Assembly (NCBI RefSeq): GCF_963506605.1
Contig: NC_083282.1
Span: 8,370,001-8,434,000 of the forward strand
Direction: 5' to 3'
Length of the DNA stretch: 64,000 nt
Origin: Zootoca vivipara
Taxonomy: Eukaryota
Part shown: piece after piece, positions 28,635-43,039 of the stretch
How positions within the stretch are numbered: the first letter of the stretch is position 1
Layout: every line of letters begins with the position of its first letter
Translations under genes and position numbers: made by a program
The notes under the pieces: generated by a model
The model's input: the letters and a program-made list of their open reading frames with translations, nothing else
What the model was told of the DNA's origin: nothing
Databases searched by the model: none

Positions 28635-28958
28635 TAAAGTTATTTTGCTGGGAAAGAAAAAAAGTTGGCTAACTTTAAGTTTGTTATTATAGGTAGCTGA
28701 ATGCATGTTTAGCAACTGGCATAAGTTCAGAATTCACATGGTTTTTACAGTGATGAAGTTAAATTAATACATGCACCGTTATTGTACGATGCAATCACGT
28801 TGCTTTTGATATGCATGTTAATGTATTATGGGTGGCACTCGACTATGCTTTACTTTGAGTAGAACCACTGAAATTAATGGACCATGGTCACGTTCATTAA
28901 TTACATTAGGTCTGCTCTGCATAAAACTTAGTTGAATACCACCCTGAATCTCTAATAA

Positions 28959-29320
28959 GGGACCCAGGTGGCGCTGTGGGTTAAACCACAGATTCTAGGG
29001 CTTGCTGATCAGAAGGTCGGAGGTTCGAATCTCTGCAACGGGGTGAGCTCCCGTTGCTCGGTCCCAGCTCCTGCCCACCTAGCAGTTCGAAAGCACGTCA
29101 AAGTGCAAGTAGATAAATAGGGACCGCTCCGGCGGGAAGGTAAACGGCGTTTCCGTGCGCTGCTCTGGTTCGCCAGAAGCAGCTTTGTCATGCTGGCCAC
29201 ATGACCCGGAAGCTGTGTGCGGACAAACACCAGCTCCCTCGGCCTATAGAGCAAGATGAGCGCCGCAACCCCAGAGTCATCCACGACTGGACCTGATGAT
29301 CAGGGGCCCCTTTACCTTTA
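28959..29320 (+). mobile_element. Sauria SINE, full length (different subfamily)
   Basis: GGGACCCAGGTGGCGCTGTGG head, ACCTTT tail, 15-bp TSD CCTGAATCTCTAATA; has an extra GTGCGGACAAAC segment. Confidence 0.92.
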
Positions 29321-30605
29321 CCTGAATCTCTAATACAACACGTTAAAATGATTAATTTTTAAGAGCGATCAGTTTGGTAGGCAGTGTTTGTTTTTCCCCC
29401 CAAAATGTATTTTAGTATATAAAAGAGGCATTGGATTTTCAATACATTCTCAAAAGCCTGTGGAAGGAGATCTTGCTCCTCTCTCCCCCCCCCCCCAGGA
29501 ATGGTATAATAATAGTTTTGTCAGCTGCCTCCTGCAAAACACTCCTGCCAGGAATGGGTCCACAAAGCTGCCCTATTGACGGTGGAGTTGTATCACTTAA
29601 CTGGGATGGGGCACGGCATGATGGCAGTGACGGGGTGGTACGACTGCAACAGTGGGAGCACTGGATTGGCTGTGCAAGTGTGCCCTTGCCACCTCACCTG
29701 CACCTCTGCCCTACCCCCCCCCTGATGTTGGTAAGCACGTTGTGTATGCCCCCCCCCCAATGCTTGCTTTGATTCTGAGTCCTAGTTGTGAAAGAATGCA
29801 GTGGTAGGATATTGGACCTGCAGGTAATTGATACGCAAAAGGGATTGGGACTCACTGAGAGCAAAACTGAGCTGTGAAGACACCCACCTGCTACGTACTA
29901 AAAGCCCCAACTATAGCATTGGTCAGTTCAGTTGAAATGAGATGGTACTGCTGCGAAAAAATATATTGTCTCTCAGTTGCTCCCTCTTACTCACCACCTT
30001 CTTTGTCACACCTTGTTTATGCTGAAAGCTTTCTTGGGGATTTCTTGGGTATCTGAAGAAGTGTGCGTGCACATGAAAGCTCATACCAATGACAAACTTA
30101 GTTGGTCTGTAAGGTGCTACTGGAAGGATTTTTTTTAAATATTTTGTTGGGGATCTCTGCGTTGCAAGGGAATTTGCGTTTTTTTACTACAGTGTTCATT
30201 TGTGCTTAATTTAGGGTAGTAACCATGTGGATCTGTTTATCTACTGCTTAGTAATGAAATTGTCACCATGCCCTGTTGGCTTGTTCCTTAGATGCAAATT
30301 GCAATTGTGGAAAATAACAGTCTAATGGGAATTGGTTTAAATTGTTTATATTGCTGGGACTGAATTTACACAAGTTTGCTAAGACTTCCTAGGGTAGGGT
30401 AGGATAGGATAGGGTAGTGGTCAAAGGATCAGACTAGGTTCTGGGAGACTAAATCTCCTCTCAGGCTTGAAGGTGACCCCAGGACAGTCCCTATGTCCCA
30501 GCTTAACCTACCTCACAAGGTTGTTATGAAATGAAGATGCATATACACCACCTTGAGCTCTTTGGAAGAATGGTGGGATAGAAATGTAATAGTAAATAAA
30601 AATGA

Positions 30606-30746
<141 letters not shown>

Positions 30747-32640
30747 TAAATTGATTCTGCAAAAGACTAATCTTATATTAATTCAAACATTATCAATGTC
30801 ACATCTTAAGCTTTGGATTTGTACATTTTCAAACACGTGTTTCAGGGTAGGTGCAATTCTGTACTCGATCTCTGCTGCCTGAGGGGCTGTAGGATTTGGT
30901 GGAAGCCTTATGTCAGGAGAATATGGCAGCCATTCTCTTTCTGTATCTCTCCAGTCACCCAGTGCATAACGGAGTATAACTGTCAAGTCAAGCCACTTTT
31001 ACAAAGCATAATATGGGAACAAAGCTGCAAAGTATAAACCATTCACCAAACTTCACCATTTTGTTATGTTGGAAATCCCAGCTGTCAGTTGAATCCTGGG
31101 TTTCTTCTAACAGATTGGTATTTCTGATAGCTTCCCAAAATCAATAAAATAGAACATAAAACCAGACCACACAATTATTTCCGTGTTGTGACAGGCATTG
31201 TTATTTGGAAACTGGTCTGTAGATATATTTGGAGTTTTGATTTACTTAACAGAGATGTTTTCAGTAATTTTAAATGAGTTGTTAAATGTAAATTTCTCTA
31301 CTGCCGTTATTATTATTTTAACTAAAATCTTCCTACCTAACGGACAGCAATATTGCTGATGCCCTGGGATCCAAAAAAAGCCACTCAGAGTAATTTTAAG
31401 CATTGAGCTGAAATGGGTGATAGAGGCACGTTTTCTTCTACAAAACGACCCTCCCTTTACTGATTTTCCACATCCTTTTAAGAGAGGCTCTTTGCAAGAG
31501 TGTGTCAAGGAAGAGAGGGTGGGCTTTGTCATTGATGGTGTGCTCTCCCGACCAGCCACACACCCGATTAAGTTAGGTGAGTTGTGAATGAGAAGACACA
31601 TTCAGAAGTGCATCTCCCTGTGTATATCTTAGCTCGTGTAGCCATGTGTGTTATATGCTTCTAGGTCAAGGCAGATGCTGTTGAGTACAATAAAACAGCA
31701 ACTGCAGTGTGGCAAAACAAAATGTTTCCCACATGTCTGTGCAATCAGTGGGAGGGCTTTTTTTTGCCCTTAGTTGGGTTATTGCAATATTAGATCTGGC
31801 TGGCTGTGTACTGCCAGGAAAAGTGAACCTTGATTGGCTGAGATCACAAGAAGCAACGTTTAAATGATAGAAAAGCAACCATATACATCACTGAAAAGAG
31901 ATGCAAAAGATCACTAAGGTAGGGCTATTTTCCCTAGGGCTTTAAAAATCACTCAAAAGCACACTTTTCATCTTGAATATTTAATATCATAAAAATCCAT
32001 TCCCACACTAGTTTTTTCAGAAATGTATGTCTGCACCTCTCCAGTCTCTTCCATTCTGATCATGCGCCAACTTTTCTGGGAAGACCAAGTAGGTGAACTT
32101 TGATTTTGCAAAAGATTTGGCATTGCTTCTTTGCTGGAATTATGGAACACCTTTTATTTAGGAGACATGTTTGTGAAATAAAGAGATGGGTTTGGAAGGT
32201 ATCCCGTTGAACAGTGCATAAAGAAACGGTAGTATTTTCTCCAGCAAGGTAAGTCAGGGAGAAGTGCATTGTATGTGAATATTTCCTAACAAGAGAATGT
32301 CACACAAAGGAAGAATCTGGATGGTAAGAAATGGCACTGGAACTTTTTCCTGGAATACTACAACCTGGAGGTGCTTTAAAATTTTGGTATAGAAGTGTGA
32401 AAGCCCTGAGAGCTGAACTGCCTTCATGTGCTTTATTTTAGACACCTAAATTGCCAACCAAAGAAATATTTACTATTTACTATTACTATCTTATGGAGTC
32501 TGAAAGTGAGATTCACAGATCTGTATTTTTATTTATGGCCCATTGAGATGACAGATTTCAGCAGGCAATAATCCATCTCGATCAGCAAGGTCCCTCTTGG
32601 CTGTATATTCTTATGAAAGATGATGATGGCTGCAATCAGG

Positions 32641-32642
<2 letters not shown>

Positions 32643-32678
<36 letters not shown>
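32643..32678. repeat. (GT)n microsatellite
   Basis: Uninterrupted GT run. Confidence 0.9.
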
Positions 32679-32680
<2 letters not shown>

Positions 32681-35457
32681 CATCTTGTCTGTTTGCCAAA
32701 TGACGCCTTTTTCTTCAGCTGTGAAAAAGCAAGTTGTCCTCACACGATAGTTACATTTGCTTTCAGGACCTCGAATTCAAACGTATATATATAAAAATGA
32801 AAACAGGTGCATTTTGGTCCCATGCACTGTAGAGTCCAAGTAGCATTAGTGCTGACTGAGGGCCCTTTTCACCAAACCTTTTACATTCTACAAAAGTGCC
32901 TCACTGTTTTGGTAGATTTAAGGAGGTATGTGAAAAAAGGCAAAATGTTTCTCTCCATTCCAGTGGCTGCTTAGAGCTGTGTGATACACACTTTGGCCCC
33001 TCCCCTTCTCTTGCTTGCCAAGTGGAAGAGAGATCGTGATGTGCATCGTTCAGAATGAAAAGCTGGCGTCTTTTGGCAAAATCTCTCCCCCCCCCCGGCT
33101 CTTAAAAAACAAACAAACAAACAAACAAATCACATGGCAGCATTTGCACTGTAAAATGAACCCTCTGAAAATTCAGTGCAGTGCTAAATCTACATAGCTA
33201 ATATTTTGTGTAATTAATTAAAAAAAATATTTCAGAGATCCGGATTGATTTAGAGTAAAATGGAACATAAAAATCAAGAGTTGACACTCCCTTTTCAAAT
33301 GTGGCCTGGGGGCACTCCCTGCACTGTTACTTTTTCAAAGGATTGAACACAATGTGAGGGGCAATTGCAGGACAAGAACTTTGGGTGCTGCCTGCCGAGC
33401 AAATTTTTGTTCATTTTATGGTGGTGGGTATTGCTTTAAACTGCTTTAGGTGCTAATTTTGCAAGTGTCACATGGAGACCTACCTTAGAGGCATTCACAC
33501 AGATTGCTGCAAATATTTTTAAAGGGTTTTTAGGTATCTGATACATAATTATTCGGATACTGTGTTATATGGAGGCCTCTCGTGTGCAGAAAAGAGTAAT
33601 GCAAGAAGCACACCCAACTCAAGTCAAAACCAGTCAAACACTTGCAAAACATCAAGGATTTTTGCAAGTGTTCAACCAGCAATGCTCACAAAGGAGCTGG
33701 TCGTTTTTGTGGGTCTCTTCCTTACCCTGCCAATTTTTTCTCCCTTCCTCACCTCCAAACAATACAACATTGTTCTGTGTATATTTAGGCATCATTTCCT
33801 GCTTGTAAATTATTATCATTAAATTTATTTACCACCCTTCATTCGAGGATCACCTGGATTACTGAATTTGCAATACAGTTTGTACTGTAGGAATGACAAT
33901 AAATTGCCCTCTTGAGCACCCTCAAAAGCACCATTTCAAGCTCAGAAACTGAATAGGTAACCCCATCAGTGAGCCCTCGCTGTTGCTGGTTTCCCCTTCA
34001 CAATGTATCAGCACACAAATGTTTCATATGGGATTGACAAGTTGTGATGTTATGATAATTATGCTGCAATATTGCTAATGTACAATAATATATGACTTAC
34101 AGATTGTAGCTTTTCAGCCAAATATTAGAATTGGGGCAGCATAGCAGGAGATGTGCACAAAACCTGTGTTATGATTTTCCAGTGCATTCCTTCTTTCTGG
34201 GAATACTTCTTATATGGTTATCCGCAGAGCTATTTGTAAGACAAAAACTACCTAATTGAAAACATGTTCTGCTGCAAATATTCCGTTTCACATAGCAAAG
34301 GAGGGGGAGACAGTGATTTGCTTGAAAGAATAGACAGCAGCATTTGAATAGTGAATCCCAGTTTTCAGACATGTGTCATTACAGTTTTGAACTTCTTGGC
34401 GCCAGAAGCCAGGATTTCCTGATGTTTGAGCTTGATGTAAAATGCATTAGTGCTCTGGGGCATGAACAACAGAATTGCTATTCCCTAGTGTTCGGAGTTC
34501 AACTGCCCATCTCTTCAAATCTGAGTTGGTGTTGGAAGTTAAAATCATACTTAATAGGATGGCTAATTAAAAATAATCGCAGAAAGGCGGGGTTCTCTTA
34601 TGTAGTGTGCATTTCATTCATTCCATATCATTCTAGGGCATTTTAATGCTTAACTGTTTACAACCTAATAAGAATCATATGTTACTGTGCTTGAGGCTTC
34701 CCCTTCTCAATTTGAGAAACACTTTCAGCATTTCATCAGCTGTTACTGCATTTAACACAGTACTACCACACACATGTTTCTCGCTGTCTTTTGGTTCTTT
34801 ATTAGATAACTTCCATAAAATAACTTGACCCAGGAGATTGTAACTTTGGGCTGCCCTTGTATCCAAGCCAAATATTTTAGCCACCACCTCTTAACAGAGT
34901 AGTATAGTAGCAAATTCAGAAGTTCAGGGTTCATGATAGTCACACCTCACCCCCTGCCAGCCATGCCCCCTTCTAAGATTGTGGAACCTTCTAGACTACA
35001 ATAAAAATGAGCTTTAAGTCTCTTACTTTGTTTGGAGTTCTGTTGAACTCCGATGGAGAATGAGGGTGGTATTTCTTTCTGAGCTTCAGCAATAATAAGA
35101 GCAAGTCTCACAGACACACTCAGAGCAAACGTGTGTTTTGCTTTATTTTGCAAAGTAATGCAGGTTTCAAAAGTTTTACTAATGCAGCCCCCAAGTGAAA
35201 CATACAGGGTAGTGATATAAATGCGCATAAATGAAAAGCCCTGCAATTTCAGAATAACAGGGTCCTTGCCGAAGTAATAGCAATTTTGCTTTCAAATGAA
35301 TCCAGTTTCCAACACTTCTCAGGAGAATGGAGGGGGAAAGGAGAAAGCAGAGAAAAGAATTTTCAGGTAGCTCAGGAAAATCATAGCCAGAGTAGTCCAT
35401 TGTTCTAACTAAGTCATTGTTTGATGCTTCACACAGCTAAAACAGGCTAACCATGTA

Positions 35458-35688
35458 CAGTAGAACCTTGGGTTACGTACCGTCCTCCTTATGAACGCTT
35501 CGGGTAACGAGCTCCACTAACCCAGAAGTAGATGCTCCTGGTTGCGAACTTTGATCCGGGGGGCAAGCGGAAGTCGCATGGTAGCAGCGGGAGGCCCCAT
35601 TAGGAAAAGCGCTCCTCATGTTAAGAACGGTTTCGGGTTAAGAACAGACCTCCGGAACGAATTAAGTTCGTAACCGAAGGTACCACTG
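35458..35688. mobile_element. Tc1/mariner-type MITE
   Basis: TA|CAGTAGAACCTT...AGGTACCACTG|TA. Confidence 0.8.
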
Positions 35689-36049
35689 TACTAGAAGGGA
35701 AAATGTAGGAGCCACAGCCACCCCAGTAGTAGGTGAAAAAGCAAATAAAATAAATATGCTTAACCCAGGCCTTTCAGCACAAATGGGTAGATCCATTTGA
35801 GAAGCAGTATAGTGTAGCATTTAGTGTTGGACTGGGACCTGGGTGGTATTTAATTAATTTGAAATGCTCATTGCCAAGGCATTGTGTTCCATTTGTGAAT
35901 GGAGGTTTTAAAGTAAAGTTAGTGGTTTGTGGGGTGGGGTGGGGTGGGGTAGAGTATTACAGTTTCGAGATGGCAGATGTGTCATAAAAATGTAAGGCTG
36001 TCACAAAGCTCTTCTGTATGTACAATTTATAAGCTGGTAGGTTAAGACC

Positions 36050-36401
36050 GGGACCCAGGTGGCGCTGTGGTTAAACCACTGAGCCTAGGGCTTGCTGAAC
36101 AGAAGGTTGGCGGTTCGAATCCCTGTGACGGGGTGAGCTCCCGTTGCTTGGTCCCAGCTCCTGCCAACCTAGCAGTTCGAAAGCACATCAAAATGCAAGT
36201 AGATAAATAGGAACCGCTACAGCGGGAAGGTAAACGGCGTTTCCATGTGCTGCTCTGGTTTGCCAGAAGCGGCTTTGTCATGCTGGCCACATGACCTGGA
36301 AGCTATACGCCGGCTCCCTTGGCCAATAATGCGAGATGAGCGCGCAACCCCAGAGTCAGTCACGACTGGACCTAATGGTCAGGGGTCCCTTTACCTTTAC
36401 C
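36050..36401 (+). mobile_element. Sauria SINE, full length
   Basis: Near-identical to 18699-19050; TSD TAGGTTAAGAC(C). Confidence 0.92.
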
Positions 36402-36412
36402 TAGGTTAAGAC

Positions 36413-36548
36413 CAGGCTTCCTTAAACTCGGCCCTCCAGATGTTTTGAGACTACAGTTCCCATCATCCCTGACCACTGGTCCTGCTAGCTAGGGATCATG
36501 GGAGTTGTAGGCCAAAAACATCTGGAGGGCTGAGTTTGAGGAAGCCTG
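36413..36548. mobile_element. hAT-type hairpin MITE
   Basis: CAGGCTTCCT...AGGAAGCCTG; TSD GTTAAGAC. Confidence 0.9.
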
Positions 36549-36852
36549 GTTAAGACGTTCTAATAAGGAAAGCTGGTATGTCTTAAAAACAACACAGGAC
36601 ATAGAGTAAAAAAGTGAAGACTTTGCCACACATCCTTTATTATATATTTGTCACACTTCTATCTATCCCCAGCTAATGACAAGTTGTTTGTGGTTTGTAA
36701 AAGCTGCTGTTACCGTGGTGGTGTTTCCTTACCTTTTCTGGCCATAGTAGAACAAGATATGTCACAGTCTTTAAAATTACTGCAGTTGCTTTTGTTTCAA
36801 AACCAACAAATTATTTAATATTTGTAGATAGTGGGAACCTAATCCCAGTATA

Positions 36853-37082
36853 CAGTGGTACCTTGGTAGTCGAATGCCTTGGCTCCTGAACAAATCAGCC
36901 CCCAAACGCCACAAACCCGGAAGTGAGTGCTGCGGTTAGCGAACATTTTTTGGAAGCCGAACATCCAACGCGGCTTCTGGTTGAGTGCAGGAAGCTCCTG
37001 CAGCCAATCGGAAGCCGTGCCTTGTTTCGGGAGTCGAACGGACTCCTGGAACGGATTAAGTTCGAGAACCAAGGTACCACTG
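36853..37082. mobile_element. Tc1/mariner-type MITE
   Basis: CAGTGGTACCTTGG...CCAAGGTACCACTG termini. Confidence 0.82.
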
Positions 37083-38567
37083 TCCTGTATTTGCAGTGGA
37101 GTGTTGTCATGCAGGTGGGCAGCCCAGATGGGCAAGCAGATGGGCAGGTGACCCAGGTGACCCACATAGGAACTGTCAGGACAGACTGACTACCTTCCCA
37201 GCAACTGGCTTGCTCTGCCACTACCTATCTCAGACTGATGCCGCTGTTCCAGCCTCTACAGTGGCAATGGCCAAGGAGGCCTATGCAAGCCACAGAGGAA
37301 CAGGCAGAACAGAATAACTCCTCAGCACCTCTCCTCTTCTGCTACTGTCATCGGCCACTTTCTCCTTCCTCGTCCTCCACAGCTGAGGCTGAAATGATCA
37401 TTGTTTGAGGCAAGCAGTAAGGAGAGGGGGGGTGAACTGTTTTGGGGTACTGTTATTGCCCAGTGATGTAACATGGGAGCTTAGCATGGTGCATGGAGGC
37501 AGGAGCTTTGGATTGGCTCTACCACCATGCACTGAGGTCCATGCCCCTTTTGGTAAGTGGTAGGGGCCCGCAGTGTTGGCAAGCTGGGAGAGTAACTGAA
37601 CCCCACCCATGCCAGCTCACCAGCCACTACCAGGATCGGGCAGTGGCTTGGACGAACTGTAAGAGGGTGGGGGGGGGGGCTTTGGGTGAGCTATAAGGGC
37701 AGGGTTGGCAAGATCTAAGGGAAGGGGGCTTGGTGAGGGCAGGCACAGCCCATAGTATTCATTTACTAGTACTATATCATTATATAGAACCATGTATGTG
37801 CCTTTATTCAGATAAGGAGAACTTTAATGGGGAAGCAGACTCATGTTTGCAGGTCAGCAAACATATAGGTATATCAGATGCATGTTTCCATGTGCATTTG
37901 AAGATGGATAATACAATCCACACTACAGCACTTTTAGCTGGTTGCAGATTTTGATGCTTATCTGGAGTTGCTGGCCATCATAACTTCACGTAGCCAGAGT
38001 GGGATCCTGGCGGTATGTGGCTATGTTGGCAGTGACTCTTAATCATTGCAATATAATGTGCATTTTTGTTGAATGTCCTTAAGACACTTCTGAGTTCCCT
38101 TTAAGTCCAGTGAAATGAAGTGATATTCAACTTATAGCACTTGGACATCATTCATTTGCCTACCCTCTCCAGGAAGAACTGAATTAGATTTTATTAGCAG
38201 ATTGGGCCTATAAACCAGTAGTAACGTTTTATTAGTTTATCACACATCAGCATTAGCAAACTGTAAATCTACTTCAGTGAACAAGAAAAGGTCTCTAGAG
38301 GCTTTGAAAAACTGGTGTTTCCAGAGGAAAGAATGTTCTAATCTGAAAAAAGGTATGACCTTAACAGGCAAATATCTTCCTTCCCTCCATTTCCAGTGCC
38401 CAGGTTGGGAGTCCTGTTGCATTCAGAATGCAACCCCCACATACAAGGAGGTGCTATTGGAGGTTTTGAGGGAACCCAAATTCAGCAAAAATCCAAAAAA
38501 TATATTTAGACAAAAGTACCCTAAGGAAATAACCCCCCCCAAAAAAAAAAACAGCCTAATGAGGATT

Positions 38568-38895
38568 GAATCATAGAATTGTGGAGTTGGAAGAGACCCA
38601 AGAGTCATTTAGTCCAACCCCCTGCAATGCAGGATCTCAACTGAAGCATCAATAACAAATGGCCATCCAGCCTGCTTAAAAACCTCCAACGAAGGAAAAT
38701 CCACCACCCCCTGAAGTGGTCCAGTTTACTGTTGAGCAGCTCTTATCGTTAGAAAGTTCTTCCTGATGTTTAGTCAGAATCTCCTTCCTTGTAACTTGAA
38801 TCCATTGGTTTGGGCCCTGCCCTCCAGAACAGGAGAAAACAAGCTTGCTTCATCATCTGTGTGACAGCCCTTCAAATATTTGAATATATTAGATA
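38568..38895 (-). mobile_element. CR1 LINE 3' fragment
   Basis: GAATCATAGAAT...GAGTTGGAAGAGACC start; similar to 1823-2335. Confidence 0.8.
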
Positions 38896-39145
38896 TCCCT
38901 TTCATGTTTTCCCCCCTTCAATTCAGGGCAGAGCCTGTGGGGGCTCTTTCTCCTCCTCCACCAGTGTCTTATCAGTGGCTCCCAAGCAACACCGGCTTCC
39001 TATCTCCCTTCCACTGCTGAGGAAGAGCTGTAGCTTCTCAGGAAAGCATCCAAACACACTTGCAACACAACTTTCAAGTACCACCCATGTCAATGGCAAC
39101 AACACCAGCTTGCCTGCTTTATGCCCAGGTCTTGCTGACTTAATA

Positions 39146-39370
39146 CAGTGGTACCTTGGTTTGCAGACATTTTGAATCACAAACAGGTCAAACCCAGAAG
39201 TGCATGTCCCGGTTTCCAACCTTTTTTTGGATTACAACCCTTTTTTTTATTACGAACAAAAAAATTTTGGGGGAGGCCCCATTGGCGAAAGCACGCTTTG
39301 GGTTACAACCTGTTTTGGTTTACAAACGGACCTCCGGAACGGATTATGGTTGTAAACCAAGGTACCACTG
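39146..39370. mobile_element. Tc1/mariner-type MITE
   Basis: TA|CAGTGGTACCTTGGTTT...AAACCAAGGTACCACTG|TA. Confidence 0.85.
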
Positions 39371-40127
39371 TATAACTAAGACAGTTTTATTCTCATGCTA
39401 TTTTTTAACACGTCACATTTTATCAAGGATCTTAACTTAATCCTTTGTACCTACTACTTAATCCATATTACAAAACACATTGGATTGTGTCCATTGTTAG
39501 TTATACTTTGTGCAGACCTATTGAAATTAAAGGATCCACTAACTTGGATCCATTAATACCAGTGGTTCTTCTCTGAGTAGAATTTAGTTGGATGCAGCCC
39601 CTTTCTTGAAAGTGAAGGTACCTGGCAGTGAGAGCAGGCAGTGAGAGCAGGCAGGCATACCACAAGAAAAGACAACACAGTGGGTTGGAGGTCAACTGAT
39701 GCGCTGCTTGGCTGTAGGTGTAGGAGTTCATTTTTTTAAAAAAAAAGTTCAAAATTCTATTCACTGTCTGAAATGCTTGCAAAAAAACAGGACCCTTCTC
39801 CGTGATTCCAAATCTAAAAATAAATGTTGGAACCTTATTATTTAGTGAAACCTGTTTGATCATCATCAGGACATTTACAGTACTTATTAATGGTATCAAG
39901 CCTATTAGTCAAAATTGCTGCCAATGTTTTTTTTATATCACGTATGGCATAAGATAGTATTGGCATTCTCCAGGAGTTCTGGGGTGGGGTAGTCTTTACT
40001 TCCAGGTCATCTGGCCTCTTGGCTGATGGGCAGGGCCTCTAGCAAGAAAGCCACACATAAAAGTGGGACTTCCCCTTAATGTCCAGCACAGCACTGTTTG
40101 GTTAGCAGGCAGCAGGGTTCTGACCAT

Positions 40128-40490
40128 TGTTGTTGTTTAGTCGTTTAGTCGTGTCCGACTCTTCATGACCCCATGGACCATAGCACGCCAGGCACTCCTG
40201 TCTTGCACTGCCTCCCGCAGTTTGGTCAAACCCATGTTCGTCGCTTCGAGAACACTGCCCAACCACCTCGTCCTCTGTTGTCCCCTTCTCCTCGTGCCCT
40301 CCATCTTTCTCAACATCAGGGTCTTTTCCAAGGATTCTTCTCTTCTCATGGGGTGGCCAAAGTATTGGAGCCTCAGCTTCACGATCCGTCCCTCCAGTGA
40401 GCACTCAGGGCTGATTTCCTTAAGAATGGATAGGTTTGATCTTCTTGCAGTCCATGGGACTCTCAAGAGTCTCCTCCAGCACCATAATTC
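40128..40490 (-). mobile_element. Bov-B LINE 3' fragment
   Basis: ELWCWRRLLRVPWTARRSNLSILKEISPECSLEG..LEKTLML..RRRGQQRTRWL..SRTRLND; (CAA)n tail. Confidence 0.92.
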
Positions 40491-43039
40491 ACCATACACC
40501 TATCTAAGCCATTGTGACTCCACTCCAACTGCTTATTCCTTTTGCAGGAAAGAGGCGCTTTCCTGGACATGGAGTTGGGTCATGGTTTACTCGCATTCTG
40601 ACCTCAAAACTTGAGGAAACACTGTACCTATGGAGATACGGCCTTTTGTATCTCAGCTTTTCTCCTTCCTTTGAAAAACTAAACTCATCCAGATTCAGCA
40701 GTGCAATGTACAAGCGTGCTCAGGGATCTTCATTAAACAGAATCAAGCAGAAACAGAATGCTGCTTAACTCTGAGAAGTTATTGCTATTATCATTGGTCA
40801 ATGATGCTGACAACCAAGAGGGCTGGGAGCAGCTAAGCTCTTGGGAGAGTTCAGCCTAGGACAGTTCATTTATAAATCCTCCCATTTCTGAAACGCTTCT
40901 CTAGCCTTACTCTCAGTTTTTCCGTTTGTGTCTACAGTTGTCCAAAGACTGTGAAACCAGAGATCTGTCTGCAGAGTTCTCGGTTTAGATGTTGTTTCTC
41001 CAAAGACCCTCCCGCAGCTTATTTGGTGGTACCTCTGCGCTTCTAATAACTTTTTTTAATTGCTCATGTATATTTTCTGCACTTCAGCCATGTCGGGGTG
41101 TGTGTGTGTGTGTATGTTTGTAGGTGGGAGGCAAACGTAGTCCTGGAGTGGCCACATCATAGGTCTGTTCCTGTTAAATTGTGCTTTTAGTATTGAACTG
41201 TGGTGAAAAAACGGGGAGGTGGCTGTGCAACACTGAATGAAACCTGCCAGGTTTGGGTTAACACGTTTCCAGTTACATGCAGGTCCAGATGCTCATTATA
41301 CAAAGATCCACTTATCCGAACACAAGGAGTTAGTACCCAAACTGCGCTGTATACAATACAGATTTAGATTGTCAGCCAGACTTGTGTCTAGTACCGTAAG
41401 CAAATAAGCAGCCTTAAACAAGACTTACTTTGGGTGTTTTGCTGGTCCACAGCAGCGATTCACCAGATCCCATGGTGGGAGATGGGGAGGAAGTGGGAGA
41501 GATCAGACCAATAAGAGAGTATCCCCCCCCCCCCCCGTTTGCCTTTTGCAAGGTTTCAAGAAGGTTTTCCCAGTTTTTTCTTATCATATGGGAGTCAAAA
41601 TTCTGCGGTTGGGAACACATTAGAAATGTTCTCATAGGAAACAATGGAAATGGTCAACTCATGTGAATTGTCTAACAGACAATTTACTGAGAATGCATTG
41701 TGTTTGGATAGCAGGTCCTGCATTTAGGCCTTGTAGCAGTGTGTCTTTGTGTGACTGAGTGACAGATAGCTCTGACAATGAATTTTGCTAAGAAACTAGC
41801 AGTTTGTAGAAGTTTCATGATTGCTTCAGCAATTAGTTTTTAATTATTTCATAAAATATCTGTGAACTGTGTAGTGAGTGATGATAATTCTGAGCAGAAT
41901 ATTTATCTGATGCTTTTTTCAAGGAGACTCTGTATTCAGCTGTTAATCTAGCTCAAGTATTTAGCTGCATTGTTTTCTCACATGTGGCTCTTTAACTCAC
42001 TCACACCTGCAGTCTGGTCAGCATTAATACATACCAAAACTGGGTCTTGAATGTTGGTGCAGTAATTTCAGGTTCCTCCATGTCCTACGAGTGAACAAAA
42101 AAATTGTCAATTTCTGAAACTTAGTATTAATTAATTCCCATGTTCTTTCTGCTCCCTGAACTTCCTCCAGATGTGGTGCTTGGAAAAGACCAGCTCCTGG
42201 GTTACAAGCCATCTGGGCTGTGTAAACTGATTTGTGCCTATATTAAACAATAATTGAACAGAATGCGGAAGACTTAATAAAGAAAATGTACACTGCCTGT
42301 AAATCCCAAAAATAAAATATTAAAATGTAGTAAATGGGCATGGAATGTGCAAATGAAGACCTGCTTATTTTAATGTGTTTAGCTGTGACCTTCTCAATTT
42401 CAGCCCAGAGGAGGGGGGGAATCTATTTTTCTCTTTTTAAAATAAAACTCTCCTATAAAACTGCTTACAGAAGTATGTGAGACAGAAACAAGGAAATATA
42501 ATGTTCTGAACTTGACTGGTCCAAACCACTTGAGCTGCTGTGACAGCTCATAAAACAGAACAGTTTTTAGGTGGACTCTGTTTTAGTTGCCAGAGTGAAT
42601 TTTCTTGCAGGAAGTAGCCTGAAGGTTTATTTTAGTTTCCAGACTGCAGCTTTGATCTCTCTGTTCTGTCGCTTCTCAGGTTACATAGCCCTTTTTCACT
42701 GCAGTAAATCTGCAACAGTTAAATGGAATAAAATTTCCTCCTCCTCACTGATCACATGCTGTTAAATGCCAAGCCACAGCCAGCAGAACGTTTGCAGAGC
42801 TCCACTGCATGGTACAAAAGCAGTACAAAAGGTTTAATCGCCTTGACTTTCTATTTTCCCTTCACTACGAGTTCACAAATTCACTTCACTATAGAGATGC
42901 ACACAGTGGAACTCGGATTTGCTGTCTGCCTGATGAAAGGGCAGCTATGTGCATGCTTTACACATGCGTAAGAGCAGGTTTGACAGTGAGCCAAACCACA
43001 AGGACAGCAAAACGTCTCACCAGGGGCCCAACTCAACAT

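Noticed and set aside
33562-33822. ORF in the last KIFAP3 intron as an alternative C-terminal exon
   Set aside because: No convincing acceptor in the required phase and no similarity I can verify
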